Below are positions 13,461-27,344 of a stretch of DNA of 64,000 nt, piece after piece; positions within the stretch are counted from its first letter, which is position 1, and the number at the start of each line of letters is the position of its first letter. The stretch lies in the NCBI GenBank assembly GCA_026770705.1, contig JANJGN010000026.1, forward strand, positions 39,928,001-39,992,000. Direction: 5' to 3'. Under the pieces are notes generated by a model, which saw only the letters and a list, made by a program, of their open reading frames with translations, did not search any database and was not told the origin of the DNA. This stretch comes from Isurus oxyrinchus. Its lineage: Eukaryota. Made by a program: the position numbers and the translations under genes.

Positions 13461-14399
13461 GCTTTCCCCTTATCCACCTGACAGTTATGCCCTGTTCCAT
13501 GTGTTATTCTCATTATCTCTTCCTGACCCACTCTGCTTCCTTTTACCCAAACATTGCTCTGGAGCTCGACATTTCCCTTGCTTCTTTTGAATTTACTCTT
13601 TCCTGAATTATCCCACACCCACCACCATCTGCAATTCCGCCCCCCCCCCCCCCCCCCCCCCAACCCACTGGAATCATGCGCAACAGGTTTTTAAACAGCT
13701 TCACCCACGTCCAGGCTGCAGGTGGTGTTTCCAGCCTAGTGGAGTCCATGGGCCATGTATATAATCACTATGAGAAGTTGCAGTCCCTGTGTAGTTATCT
13801 GAAGAGGCTACTCCTCAAACTTTAATTACACTTCAGCCCGAGGTTCCTAATCTTTGTCGGCCCAGTATGGAGGGGCCTGGGTAAGTCAGAACCTTCTCCT
13901 GGACCTGCTCTTGGGCCTAGTTTACTGGTCCCAGATTAGACAAATGGATGGGGAGAAGCAGAGGGAATGCTGATCTCCATGGCAGTCTTCTCGGAATGGT
14001 TTTTTGGTCCTGGATCAGGGGGATGCTGATCTCAGTGGCTGGAGCTGACAGTTTCTTCCTTAGTCTCCAAAGTGTTCGGCCAAAGCCAGCATGGATCACT
14101 TTGAGAAGCTCTTTCTTCTCTGAAGTGGTTTTCCCTCTTGAAAGCCTGTTCATATACCTTATTTGTAGGGGTCTTTTGTCAATAACTTGTTCAATTGTGC
14201 ATTAGCAAAGGACAGATATTCAAAGTAATCCTCGCTATTTGTATTGGAAGACTATGAAATAATCTTGTGGCTCATCAATCTCTTGGACATCCTGTTTAAT
14301 CTTTACTCGGACAGTTGGTTTACACAGAGACCATGAGATTCCCCCACCCCATCAAGTTTGTCTTGTTTCAGTTTCTGTGCTAGAAACATGTCCTCGCCA

Positions 14400-15300
14400 G
14401 AGACAATAAGACATAGGAGCAGAAGTAGACCATTCGGCCCACCAAGTCTGCTCCGCCATTCAATGAGATCATGGCTGATCTGATAATCCTCAATTCCACT
14501 TTTCTGCCTTTGTCCCATAACCCTTGATTCCCTTACTGATTAAAAATCTGTCTTTCTCAGTCCTGAATATACTTAACGACCCAGCCTCTACAGTAAAGTA
14601 TTCCACAGATTCACTACTCTCTGAAAGAAGAAGTTCCTCCTCATCTCTGTCTTAAATGGGTGACCCCTTACTCTGAGATTATGCCCTCTGGTCCTAGGCT
14701 CTCCCACAAGGAGAAACAACTTCTCCACATCTACCCTATTAAGCCGTCTAAGAATCTTATATGTTCCAAGAAGGTTGCCTCTGATTCTTCTGAACTCCAA
14801 TAAGTAGAGGCCCAACCTACTCAACCTCTCCTCATAAGAAAATCCCTCTGTACCAGGGATCAACCTAGTGAACCTTCTCTGGACTACCTCCAATGCCAGT
14901 ATGCCTTTCCTTAGATAAGGGGACCAAGCTCTTCACAGTATTCTAGGTGTGGTCTAACTAGTGCCTTGTTTATTTTTAGCAAGACTTCCCTATTTTTATA
15001 CTCCATTCCCTTTGAAATAAAGGCCAACATTCCAGTTACATTCCCTATTACCTGCTGAAATTGTATGCTAGCCTTTTGTGATTCATGCATGAGGATACCC
15101 AAATCCCTCTGTTTTGCAGTCTTTCTCCATTTAAATAATATTCAGCTCCTCTATTCTTCCTGCCAAAGTGCAGAACCTCACATTTTCCCACACGATATTC
15201 CATCTGCCAAGTTTATGCCCACTTACTTAACCTGTCTATATCTCTCTGTAGGCTCCTTGTGTCATCCTCACCACTTGCCTTCCCACATATTTTTGTGTCA
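14400..15300 (-). mobile_element. CR1 LINE 3' end
   Basis: LVRPHLEYC, VQRRFTRLIPG, YEERLSRLGLY, EMRRNFFFQRVVNLWN; terminal ACATAAG-type repeat. Confidence 0.9.
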
Positions 15301-15939
15301 TCCAGTAATAGGCTTACACTGTCCTCTGTTTATCAACCCAAGGAGCTTTTATCATAAGCGAGAGACACAAAGAGCCATTCCTATGATATTCAATACAGTT
15401 TTTAAAATGTTACAAGGTTATTGGACAGTGGTCTCTTGAGAAGGGATTATTCATATTCTTCATCTGACAGCTCATTTCTGGCTAACCCAGCGATTTCTAT
15501 GCTATGAGCTTGTTTTCCTAATTTCTTGACTACAAACTGTAGACAACATACTAAAGCTACTACAATTATCAGAATCAGAAACACAAACCCTTGAGCTGCC
15601 ACCAAGAATAAATGTAAAAACTCTTCCAGTAAAATATGATAAATATCGACTTCGATTCATCCTCCCCACCTGCAGATCATCTCACGCAATTCTATATTAT
15701 TGGCATGTCGTAAATAGATATAGTTCAAACAAAGGCTCATACATGGACTTTAAAGACTCTCCAGCTCTCTGCTCACCTGCATCCACCTTGTGGATGTTTT
15801 CTTATTCCAGATTTTATATCCCTCTTCACTTTAATTTTGCTCCCTCTGATGGTGACCAGGTTATAAATGCAATTTTCTTAAAAAGAGTTCAAAAATCTTA
15901 CAAGAGATTTATTAGTTTCATGTACACTTTCACTATGCC

Positions 15940-16825
15940 AATTTTTAAAACTTATTCTTTCATGGAATGTGACCATTCCTAATTGCACTAAGGAGTCATC
16001 TGTAGGCCAGACCAGGTAAGGATAGGAGATTCATTAGTGAACCAGATGGTTATTGAGACCAGCTTCAAGATTCAATTAATTTACTTTAAGTTTCACCAGC
16101 AGCCATGGTGGGATTTGAGCCCTTGTCCCAAGCATTAACCTAAACTTCTAGATGACTGGTCCAGTGATATTACAACTACATCACCATCTCCCCCTGACAG
16201 ACTGATAAATTCCATAAACTGCACCAAGGGAAAGTCATTGCAATTCCCATTCAGTGGTATGATTTTTCTCTTTTATTCTAAGTGGAGAATCCCAAGAATT
16301 GCCATTCCACCTCATTCATGAACCCTGGAAGAACTTAACTGTTCAATTCAATCTTCTCAGAATGTGGTATCTGTGATCAGAGACAAAAGTGTCTGCAATC
16401 TGTTTGGAGATAACTCCCAATCTCCTGTTCTCAGGCACTTTATCTTGAAAGATAATAAATGGGATTAAGCCAAATTTTTTAATTCTTTCATGGGGTGTGG
16501 TTGTCGCTGGCAAGGCCAGCATTTGTTGCCCATCCCTAATTGCCCTTAATAGGTCATTTCAGAGGGCAGTTAAGAGTCAACCATGCTGCTGTCAGTCTAA
16601 TCATATGCAGTCTAGAGAAGGATGGCAGGTTTCCATCACTAAAGGACATTGGTGAAGCAGGTGGGTTTTTGTAACAATCAATGGCTTTATATTCCAGATT
16701 TATTAACTGAATTCAAGTTCTACCAGCTGCTATGATGGGGTGTGAACCCATGTCCCAAGAGCATTCGCCTTGGTCTCCACAGTATGAGTCTAACAACATT
16801 ATCACTATGCCACTGTCTCCCCAAA
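15940..16825 (-). mobile_element. Two shark SINE copies (15940-16200 and 16480-16825), family not determined
   Basis: Antisense B-box-like GGGCTCAAATCCC / GGGTTCACACCCC and mutual similarity, also to 44240-44700. Confidence 0.6.
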
Positions 16826-17049
16826 TTATTGGGAGGCAAAGTCTTTAGTTCAAATCATCACCGTGCAGTGTGAAAAGGGTTAACTTCACTGCCTGTTTGC
16901 AAAAGGGTAGAGCAAAAACTTACAAATGTGCACAATTGAGTTAACTTCACATAACTTTATTTTTCAGGTTAAAGATGAACCAACCACCATTGTCAACTTT
17001 GTTTCCCTAATTCCTCTGATATTTTTCTCAGCTTTGCCCAAATATTAGT

Positions 17050-18565
17050 GAGGTAAGGAGGGAGATTTCAGGGGCTCTGCCACGAATTTTCAAATTCTCT
17101 CTGGCCATTGGAGAGGTGCCAGAGGACTGGAAACAGCGAATGTGGGACCATTATTCAAGAAGGGTAGCAGCAATAAACCAGGTAATTACAGGCCAGCGAG
17201 TATAACATTGGTAATCAGTGGTCGGGAAACTATTGTAAAAAATTCTGAGGGACACTTAGAGAGGCAGGGACTAATCAGGGATAGTCAGCATGGCTTTGCC
17301 TGGGGGAAATCATGTCTAACAAATTGGACTGAATTTTTCGAGGAGGTGACTAGTTGTGTAGATGAGGATAGTGCAGTTGACGTAGTCTACATGGACTTCA
17401 GTAAGGCTTTTGACAAGGTCCCGAATTGGAGAATGGTCAAGAAGGTAAGAGCCCAAGAGATCCAGGGCAATTTGGCAAATTGGATTCAAAACTGGCTCAG
17501 TGGCAGGAGACAGAGGAAGGATGGTCAAAGGTTGTTTTTGCAATTGGAAGCCTTAAATGAGTGGTGCATCACAGGGATTGGTGCTGGGACCCTTGCTGTT
17601 TGTAGTGTACATTAATGATTTAGACGTGAATAGAGGAGGTATGATCAGTAAGTTCACAGGTGACATGAAAATTGGTGGTGTCATAAATAGTGAGGAGGAA
17701 AGCCTTAGATTACAGGACAATATAGATGGGCCGGTAAGATGGGCATAACAGTGGCAAATGGAATTTAATCCTGAGAAGCTTGCATTTTGGAAGGACTAAC
17801 ACAGCAAGGGAATACACAATAAATGGTAGGACCCTAGGAAGTACTGAGGATCAGAGGGACATTGGTGTACATGTCCATAGATCCCTGAAGGCAGCAGCAC
17901 AGGTAGATAAGGTGAAGAAGGCACATGGGATACTTGCCTTTATTAGTTGAGGCATGGAATATAAGAGCAGAGAGGTTATGTTAAAGCTGTATAAAATGCA
18001 AGTTAGGCCACAGCTGGAGTACTGTGTGCAGTTCTGGTTGCCACACTAGAGGAAAGATGTGACTGCACTGGAGAGGGTGCAGAGGAGATTCACCAGGATG
18101 TTGCCAGGGCTGGAGCATTTCAGCTATGAAGAGGGACTGGATAGGCTAGGGTTGTTTTCCTTATAGCAGAGAAGGCTGAGGGAGGACCTGACAGAGGTGT
18201 ACAAAATTATGAGGCGCAGAGATAGGGTAGATAGGAAGAAACTTTCCCCCCTAGCGGAGGTGTCAATAACCAGAGGGCATAGATTTAAGGTAAGGGGCAG
18301 GAGCTTTAGAGAGGATTTGAGGAAAAAAAAATTTCACCCAGAGGCTGGTTGGAATCTGGAACACACTGCCTGAGGGGCTGGTAGAGGCAGGAGCCTGGGC
18401 AACATTTAAGAAGTATTTAGATGAGCACTTGAAATGCCAGAGCTTACAGTGGCCCAACACAGGCCAAGTGCTGGAGAATGGGACTGGAATAGATAGGTGT
18501 GGCCAGCATGGACATGATGGGCTGAAGGGCCTGTTTCGGTGCTGTAAAACTCTATGACTCTCTGT
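17050..18565 (+). mobile_element. CR1 LINE ORF2 (RT) 3' portion
   Basis: PGNYRP, SQHGF, SCLTN, VDVVYMDFSKAFDKVP, QGLVLGPLLF, YINDLD; CTATGA terminal repeat. Confidence 0.9.
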
Positions 18566-18899
18566 TAGTGTTTTTTTTGTTGTTTGTTCAGGTGTCTTTC
18601 CAAATGACTATAATAAAGCTGAAGAAAAATAAAACTAATGAAGTGAGTTTCCACAGGTAAACAGAGTTTCAACCATCTTAGACCAAAAAGTGTTGAAGAG
18701 GATGGGGCTTCCCACAACTTGTGAGCTCCGAAACATAACTTCAAGGGTGAAGCTTATCTTCAGGGAATCACATGTTTTGTGCCTTTTCCAATTGTACAAG
18801 TCAATTGTAATTTATACTTAAACGTTTACTTTCACTCAGTAATGATAACTTTTTACATTTCTCAGCAAAGGAACTGGCAGCATTTTAGATTAAATACCA

Positions 18900-19890
18900 G
18901 TCGTACACTTCTCTTGGAGCTGGTTTATGGAGATCATGTCCTCTGTAGGTCTGCCAGCACAGAAACCCCACTCTGCTTCTGGAAACACTCAATCTGCAAA
19001 TAGATGAAGTCTTTAAGCATGACCCTGGCGAAGACTTTCCCAGTGACATTAGGGAGTGAGATACCCCTGTAGTTGTTGCAATCTCCTCTGTCACCTTTGT
19101 TTTTGTTTATTGTGATGATTTTCGCTTCACACATGTCCTGTGGAACGGATCCTACCTTCCAACAGAGGAGGAGATGATGAATGTGTGACAGTAGATGAGA
19201 CTTTCCGTGCTTGAGCAGTTCAGCTGGAATTCCATCCTTGCTGGTTGCCTTTCTGCTTGCTGAACAATCAATGGCCTTTTCCAGCTCAAGTGATGAGGTT
19301 TCCTCGTCCAACTCAGCCCTGACAGGAAGCTGCTGGGAAGAGTCAAACAGAGACTGGGAGATGTCTGTCTCACAGGGAGTACAGCTCCCAGTGTTAAACC
19401 CAGTGACAACCTGCTCACTTCTGTCAGTCAGCACTTCACCATCTGCCCATTTCATGGGAGGGGCAACTTTGGTGATGGTCGGACCATCATGTGCTCATAC
19501 ATGGCACATAGTTCCCGTTGTCACAGGCAGTTTGGATTTCTTGGTGTAGGCTGATCCAGTGTTTATTTACACAGTATCTCCCTGTCTTTTACACAACCAT
19601 CTTGGAACTTTCAAGATATGCAGTGTTCTAGCTGTTGGGTTTATGTTGTGCATCAGGTGGGCTTTGCTTTTTGCTTCAATGACAGATTCATCTCTGCTGA
19701 GTGGGTCTCAAACCAGCCTTTACCAAATGTTGCTGCTGCTGTGTCAGAAATGATTGAACTCAGCGACTTCCAAACTTCATCAGTATCAGTGTTGATTGAT
19801 GAAGCATTTATTGATGTGCCTGTAAAATATTTCACTGTTTTGTTTAACCTTCCTTGAGAATTTAATTTCATGATGGAGGTGTCACTCTGA
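18900..19890 (-). mobile_element. RTE-clade LINE fragment
   Basis: KATSKDGIPAELLKHG, VPQDM.EAKIITI.KNKGDRGDCNNYRGISL, GKVFARV, typical of RTE ORF2. Confidence 0.75.
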
Positions 19891-20188
19891 AGAATGTGGA
19901 AGTCAATAAGAATTGTCAGCAAGGAATAATCAGCACTTTCTAATTGTCGATGCTAATCAGAGGAACTGCAAAACACACAGGTGGCAGGAAAACTCTCCCC
20001 ACAAAAGCCCCCAAAACGCCCCTGAATATTCAGTCACTGGGGTGACCATTGAACAAAAGTTGCCCCAGAATGTGAGAGAGACAGAATCTATAAGAAACAG
20101 CTTCTCCAGTCAGATTCTGTCTCTCCTGATCTTGCTGTTCCCCTATTCAGTGCTGCATGTGATTAACAGAAAAATCCAATCACTATAG

Positions 20189-20860
20189 TCACTTATGAAC
20201 TTGCTGGTGTCTCAGCAGTGTGGATGACCGACCAAATCTTTTCCCACACATGGAGCAGGTGAATGGTTTCTCCCCAGTGTGAACTTGCTGGTGTCGCAGA
20301 AGGGTGCATGTCTGAGTGAATCTCTTCCCACACACGGAGCATGAGAATGGCTTCTCCCCAGTGTGAGTGCGCTGGTGTACAGTGAGGTCAGATGATTGCT
20401 TGAACCCAATCCCACAGTGAGAGCATCTGAACGGTCTCTCGTCAGTGTGAACACGTTGATGGGACATCAGTTCCCCAGAACTTTTATAGCACTTCCCACA
20501 GTTTGGGCATTGAAAAGGTCTCTCATCAGTGTGAACTCGCTGGTGTCTCAGCAGGTTGGATGACTGAGTGAATCCCTTCCCACACTCAGAGCAGATGAAT
20601 GGTCTCTCCCCAGTGTGAATGCGCTGATGTGCCAGCAGATGGGATGAGGTAGTGAATCCCTTCCCACACTTGGGGCAGGTAAACGGCCTCTCTCCGGTGT
20701 GAATGCGCCGATGAATTTCCAGCCTAACTGGATAACTGAATCCCTTCCCACAATCACCACATTTCCACAGTTTCTCCACTGTTTGACTGTGCTTGTGTCC
20801 CGACAGGACAGAACAAGTGTATGGTTTCTCTCCAACGTGAACGGTGCTTTTTCCTTCCAT
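20189..20860 (-). CDS. Tandem C2H2 zinc-finger protein, 7 intact fingers, 223 aa
   Basis: Open frame [14 protein letters not shown]...RHQQVHK; ATG in AGCATGG Kozak context; acceptor TTCTATTTCAG at 20970-20971. Confidence 0.8.
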   Translation of the reverse strand: MEGKSTVHVGEKPYTCSVLSGHKHSQTVEKLWKCGDCGKGFSYPVRLEIHRRIHTGERPFTCPKCGKGFTTSSHLLAHQRIHTGERPFICSECGKGFTQSSNLLRHQRVHTDERPFQCPNCGKCYKSSGELMSHQRVHTDERPFRCSHCGIGFKQSSDLTVHQRTHTGEKPFSCSVCGKRFTQTCTLLRHQQVHTGEKPFTCSMCGKRFGRSSTLLRHQQVHK

Positions 20861-21039
20861 GCTCAAAATCCGGTAATATTCAGGTTACAATTAATTGGAC
20901 AACTTTGCCAGATCCTGATGTGATGTTTGGTTTCAGTTTCCTGACTGCAAATCCTCCTCTTCTGATACCCTGAAATAGAAAAAAGGGAGTGAGAGAGAAC
21001 CCACAAAAACACACAAAGCCAGGTTGTGAAACTGAGTTT

Positions 21040-21700
21040 GTGGGGCCAGCACTAGGAAGAAATGACCATGAAAGTTGATGGATTGTCGTAAAAACACAAC
21101 TGGTTCACTAATATCCTTCAGGGCAGGGAACCTGCCTCCCGGTCTGGGCTACACAAGACTCTGGCTTTCATGGGAGGAGAGCAAGAGAAAGAGGTGGGAG
21201 AGGCAAAGTGTGGAGACAGAGATTTTATATTTCTACAACTTGACCAGAACTTTGACAGGATCTCCCGAACTCTCAGCCTCCACCACCTAGAAGCACCAGA
21301 GTAGCAGGTATATACGAACACCATCACCTACAAGTTCCTCTCCGACTCCACATTGTCCTAACTTGTCTGACATCCAGCACTACATGAAGGCAAATTTCCT
21401 CCATTTAACATATGAACATATGAATTAGGAGCAGGAGTAGGCCACTTGGACCCTGGAGGCTGTTCCGTCATTCAATATGATCATGGCTGATCTGACTGTT
21501 ACCTCACGCCTACCCCTGATAACCTTTCACCCCCTTGTTATCAAGAATCTATCTACCTCTCCCTTAAAAATATTCAAAGACTCTGTTTCCACTGCGTTTT
21601 GAGGAAGGGAATTGCAAAGGCTCATTAACCTCTGAGATAAAAAAAAACTCATCATCTCTGTGTTAAATGAGTGACCCCTTATTTTTACATTGTGACCCAT
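21040..21700. mobile_element. SINE fragment plus CR1 3' end (minus)
   Basis: SINE body shared with 44.5 kb; antisense CR1 3' UTR (GGAGCAGGAGTAGGCC) at 21410-21700. Confidence 0.6.
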
Positions 21701-23130
21701 ATCCTCACTACCACCCTTGACGCTCTAGTTCCCAGGAAAGCCTTTACTCTCTCTCTCCCTGGCTGCTCCCCCTAGTACAGCCCTCACCTCCGCTCCCTTA
21801 AGTCCAAGGGATGCAGACTTGAAAAGATACGGGGGACAATTGGTCTAAGCATTCACCCCCAGATCTTGCTGAAGCACATAACGCACTCTCGGGTTCTTTT
21901 CTCACCTGCTATAACTGCTAGGATCATCCTCAAATGCAAATATAACCCCAGGCTTTTTCTCTAATGCAAATCATCTTTCTTAACCCTTCTTCCATGGTCT
22001 CCTCCACCCTCACTTCCAACAATAAGAGATAGGAGCTCACAGACTTTTGTCACTAAAATCAACATCATCCATTCAGCTGCTTCTGCTGCTTCCTTCCCTT
22101 CCACTAGCCCACCTGGCCAAATTTCCTCTGAAGCTTCCCCCTGCCCCAGCCCCGAACATCTTTCTCTCGTTTCTCTCCTATCTCCTTCTCCGAACTTATC
22201 TTGTCCATGACACCCACCTCTTGCTTTCTCAATATTACTGTCAACTAAACTGCTAACTATTCAACTTCATCTCTTGGTCCCCATGTTAACAGATATTGTT
22301 AACAGATCTCTCCAGGTGCTGTTCCTCTCTCCTCTAAATCTGCCATATCACCCCTTTCCTCAATAAGCATCGGTCAGTAAATAAGCTTTCCTCAGTAAAT
22401 ACTGGGAAGACTGAAACCATTGTCTTCAGTCCCTGTTACAAACTCCACTCCCTTTTCACCGACTCCATCCCTCTCCCTGGGAACTGTCTGAGGCAAAATA
22501 TTTCACCCCAAGATGGGTTTCCATTCACATATCCGCATCATCACCAAGACTGCCTATTTCCACCTCAGTAACATTGCTTGACTACATCCCAGTCTCAACT
22601 CATCTACTGCTGAAACCATCATCCAATCCTTTGTCACCTCTGGACTTAACAACCCTAATGCACTCCCAGCCATCCTTCCAGATTTAACCTCCACCATCCA
22701 AAATTCTCTTGTGCTTACTTGGACCAAGTCTTGTTCACCCAGCACCCCTGTGATCATTGATCTACAAAGGCTCCCAATTCAGAGGCAGCAACATTTAAAA
22801 TTCTCAGCCCTGTTTTTCTCCATGGTTACAATCATCCCTTTCTCTGTAATCTCCTCCAGCCACAGAACCCTCCAAAATATCTGCACTCATCTAATTCCAC
22901 CCTCTTTAGCATTGCTGATTTTATTCGCTCCACCATTGCTGGCCCAAGCTTGGAAATTGCTCCCAAACCTCTCTAACTTGCTTTCCTCTTTTAAGGCACA
23001 CCTTAAACCAACCTCTTTCACCAAATTTATGTCCGAATATCTCATTGTGTGGCTCGGTATTAAATGTTGCTTTGTAAAATTTCTGTGAAATGCCTTGTTA
23101 AATGTTTTATGTTAAAGGCGCCAGATTAAC
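21700..23130 (+). mobile_element. L2-like LINE fragments
   Basis: C/T-rich RT remnants (KTETIVF, ETIIQSFVTSGL, SSFKAHLK) and an L2-type 3' end. Confidence 0.55.
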
Positions 23131-23869
23131 ACAAATTGTTCCTGTTGATTTGGACATACATCACCTTTCCTGCATCATCACTGGGTGAATAACCTGTAAT
23201 TCCTTACCTAACAGTATTGTAGGAGCACCTTCACCACACAGACTGCAGTGGTTCAAGAAGCTCAAACATCATCTTCTCCACTAGCAACTGGTGACTGGCA
23301 ATATATGCTGATATTGGTGGAGAGGGAAACAGAGTTAATGACTCAGGTCTGTAGAATGAATTACAGGCAATAAAAATGGTGCAGAATTTGATGATCAATA
23401 TAAGTTCAAAAGTGAAAGAGCTGGTAAGCCAGCAGCACATGTTCAGGGGATGGGCAGCAGTGGAAACCTCATTTAGACATGATCGGCAGAAGGAACAGTA
23501 AAATGCTAAACATAACTGAAATACATTCATTATTAGAGACAGAGGAAGTTAGACAATGGCAGAGAGGTGATCAGGGAAGAGAGAGTTGAAACAGAGCAAT
23601 GGATGGACATGGATTCAGATCCACAGCAGAGGAATCAGACCAGCCCCAAAGCAATAGTCAAAAATACTCACATCTGAAACAATTTCAGTTTTCAACATTA
23701 AAATCTCCCACTGGAGCCTGCAGCTAGAAAGATATCAGAAGCACTGGAGTCAGAGAAAAATCTCCCAGTTGAGGAAATACCCGGGGAGCGGGGTGATGTC
23801 ACTGACCAATTGTCGGTGTGTGATGACATCACAGACACGAACACAGAACATTTGGGTCTGTGCAAACAG

Positions 23870-24200
23870 TGATCACCACACATTATGAACGATGTGAGGG
23901 CCTTTGGGAAAGGGCAGAGGAGATTTATCAGAATAGTTCCAGGGATGAGGGGCTTTAGTTGCAATGTTAGGTTGGAGAAACTGGGGTTGTTCTCCTTGGA
24001 GCAAAGGAGATTGAAGGGAGATTTGATAGAGGTGTACAAGTTAATAATAGGTTTAGATAAGGTAGATAAAGAAAAGCTGTTCCCATTATTTGATTGTAAA
24101 AAATTATGGACACGGATTTAAGATTTTGCGAAGAGATAAAGAGGGAATGTGAGGAATCACTTTTTTTTATACAGCGAGTGGTAATGACCTGGAACTCAAT
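23870..24200 (+). mobile_element. CR1 LINE fragment
   Basis: QRRFIRIVPGM..RLEKLGLFSLEQRRLKGDLIEVYK. Confidence 0.85.
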
Positions 24201-24307
24201 GTTTACACTCAAAGGCCGATAAGATCCAGGTCCTGGTGAATCGGGTCTGCTCTGAATGTGATGTTTGGTTTGACTTTCCTGTCTGTAAATCCTCCCCTCC
24301 TCACCCT
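24200..24307 (-). other. Copy of the shared ZNF leader exon (possible upstream exon of the 20.2-20.9 kb gene, or a truncated paralog)
   Basis: Acceptor CCTTTTACAG then GGAGGATTTACAGACAGGAAAGTCAAACCAAACATCAC..GATTCACCAGGACCTG, matching the other leader copies. Confidence 0.6.
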
Positions 24308-24439
24308 CTGTAAAAGGTGTTTCCAAAATCCATCCCTGTCAGTCCAGGATAGGAATTCACACCATTCTCTCCTCCTGCTCCAGGATCAGTAAAGTGAGTT
24401 AAAGATGATTTCTCATTAACAAACCCATTGCTGCATTTC

Positions 24440-24800
24440 CTTCATTAACCCACATTTGTCCACTTGGGTCTGGCACCGGGAGAAAGCCCGCAGCTGCCGT
24501 TCCGTTCTGTGCAAAAGTGAGCCCGGTACTTTCTTATTGGGGGTGTTGAGGCCTCCACTGGGTGTTTGGGAAGCCTCCGCTCCCACCCACTGCCCCTAAA
24601 GCTGCCTCTGCTTATCCGCCTCCTTCCCGCCTGAAGATGAGGCAAACAAGTGTCTGTTCATGGACATCACCCGCACTACACATGCTCCAGATCACATGCC
24701 CGGAGGGTGATTGACAGCAGCTCTGGACCAATAGGAAGAGGAGGCGGGGCTGAGCCCGAATCTCTCTCATTGGTTAAAGCTCTGCATCATTTTGGAAGCT
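24440..24800. promoter_or_regulatory. GC-rich ZNF promoter candidate
   Basis: ACTACA-type (ZNF143-like) motif ~24676, CCAAT ~24728, GAGGCGGGGC GC box ~24741, ATTGG ~24769. Confidence 0.5.
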
Positions 24801-25519
24801 GATTTGTCTCAAACTCCAGGAGAAAACTGGACCTTTCTGTTTGTGGCTTTAACCAGATGAAACCCTGTGGGTGTGGAGCAAACATTTCAACATTTGTTTG
24901 TGAAATGGATTCATTCAGGACAGACAGCAGGGATTATTTCAGGAAATTACACAGTGTAGCGATTATTTCTCTTTGAACTCATCCCTTGGAGAACAGTGTA
25001 AATTAGTGGAAGAATTCACAGGTTGTTTAATGCTCCTTCCATGACTGGAACCATTTAATTCCAGCCGATCTGTTGGTCCGGCTTCAACCGGGAGAGTTTG
25101 ATGAGTTCCCACAACTCACACAATGGGAGTGGACAGCCAGACCCGCCGGACACACCTATCCTGCCTGATAGCAACCCAGAATTAACTGGAGTCATCTCCA
25201 CTCAGCAGGAGTGTCCGCAGTGGTGTTTCTGACTCAGGGGCAGGAACGTTAACAGTTATTTCTTATTAATAACCCCAAAACATGCAAGAGCCATCAAACT
25301 GGAATCTACTCCTTTTTATCTTCACCATTGTCCAAATGAAGTCTTAATTTTACTTTTGCAGCTTGTGAGAGCACGGAACTACAGTAGCTGTAGAAACCTC
25401 ATTCTTATCTACCCTCTACCATATCTCTCCCCATTCTCTCAGATTCAAACCAATCCTGTCTTTGACCAGGATCCTAAAATTCATTGTGTTAGTTGATTAC
25501 TGATTCAGGTTAAGGAGGG

Positions 25520-26030
25520 AGATATTTGCATTGGAGGCAGTTCAGAGAAGGTTCGGTAGGCTAATTCCTGGTATAAAGGGGTTTGTCTTAAGAGGAAAGG
25601 TTGAGCAGGTTGGGTCTATACTCATTGGGATTTGACAATGAGAAGTGATCTTACTGAAGCATGTAAGATTATGAATGGGCTTTACAGGGTAGATACTGAG
25701 AGGATGTTTGCTCTTGTGGGAGATCCTAGAGATAGGGCGTATTTAACACGTAACGGGCCTCCCATTTAAGACTGAGATGAGAGGAATTTCTTTTCTCAGA
25801 GGGTCTGACAGTCTTTGGAATTCTCTTCCCCAGTGAATTGTGGAGGCTGGGTCATTGAATAAAGTCAAGGCGGAGTTGAAGAGATTTTTGATCCACAAGA
25901 GAGTCAAGGTTTATGGGGGAGAAACAGGAAAGTGGTGTTAAGGGTACAATCAGATCAGCCATGATCTTACTGAATGGTAGAGCAGGCTCAATGGGTCAAA
26001 TGGCCTACTCCTGCTCCTATTTCTTATTGT
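25520..26030 (+). mobile_element. CR1 LINE 3' end
   Basis: LEAVQRRF, EMRRNFFSQRV-like sequence and the CR1 3' UTR. Confidence 0.8.
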
Positions 26031-26399
26031 CTGCTTCCTGGGTCAGGATGGCTCTGCATGTACTCTGCATGGCGGATGTGAGGGTGAACACGTTTACACA
26101 GTGAGTGGCATTGTCCTGGAACTCGCTGCCAATGGGAGTGCTGGAAGTGGAGATGAATTATTTCAAACAGAAACTGGATGGATACTCAAGGGAAATAAAC
26201 TTGCAGAGCAACAGGGTTAGAGTGGGGGAATGGGACTAACTGGATTCCTCGACAGAGAGCTGGTGTAGACCCCTGACCTGGAATCACTCGGTGACTCCAT
26301 GAGTCCTGTTTTCTGCTTATTGTGCATTTGTAAGTTGATCTGTCCTGGTTTTATAAACCATTCAGCCAATAATGGGCCAGGTAATTTCACAGTGATCCC

Positions 26400-26830
26400 A
26401 ATCAGCATGTTGTGGTCTGAACTGGGACTGGGACAGGTACTTTCTGTGAAGCTTCGTTTAACAGTTTGACCAACTCTGTCCAGGCTGGTGTCCATTCCCA
26501 CTCAGCAATCCTTCTCAACAAAGCAAAGAGGGGAACTCTTAACGGGGCAAAACCCTTGACAAAAACACCATCAATCCCGAGAATGACCAGACCACCTTCA
26601 TAGTTGTTGGTGGGGGCAACTCCTGTCCAGCTTTTTTTAAATGTTATCAATGTTACCCCCCCCACATAGCTCATATTCACTCCTGAAACATTTACCTTCT
26701 CCTGCACTGATTTCTTGAGATGAATCTTGAACCTTCCCTGGTCAATCCTTGTTACAATTCTCTCAGTAATCTCACATGACTCTCAATGTCCAGATTCAGC
26801 AACAGTAAATCATCCAGCTCCTGTATTAAA
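26400..26830 (-). mobile_element. Ty3/gypsy-like pol fragment (RT to connection domain)
   Basis: QEKV, FVKGFAPLRVPLFALLRRIAEWEWTPAW..KLLNEA resemble the gypsy RT C-terminus/connection. Confidence 0.55.
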
Positions 26831-27344
26831 CTCTCAGACTGATTAAACTGATTAGTCACACTCCCCTGCCCTCTCCCAGAGCTCTGCAGAATGTACCTTT
26901 CAACTAGAGATCCAATTCACTTTGGGAAGTTACTACTGAATCTACTTCCACCTTTCGGGGAGTGTGTTCCAGATCACAACTCACTCAGTAAAACGTCTTT
27001 CCTCATCTCCCCTCAGGCTTTTTGCCAATTATTTGACGTGGTCTGTTTACTCCTCACTTTTTGTTAAATCAATTTGCTGAGTGGATTCAGGTTTAAATTT
27101 AAACCAAGTTTGTAGGTGTGATGGTCTATTCAAACATCGAAGGTGGGAGAGATGCTGTAGGACTATGGACATTGTTAGAGCAATCAAGGGCATAACACAC
27201 TGAGTGTTTTAAATAATGACACTATTCACAATATTAAATTCTCACCATTATATGGGGTGACTAACATCAGCAGAAACAAAGCCCAACTATCAGAATGAAC
27301 ATGGTTCATTCCTGGATGTCATTAACAGCAGAATCCAACGCCTG

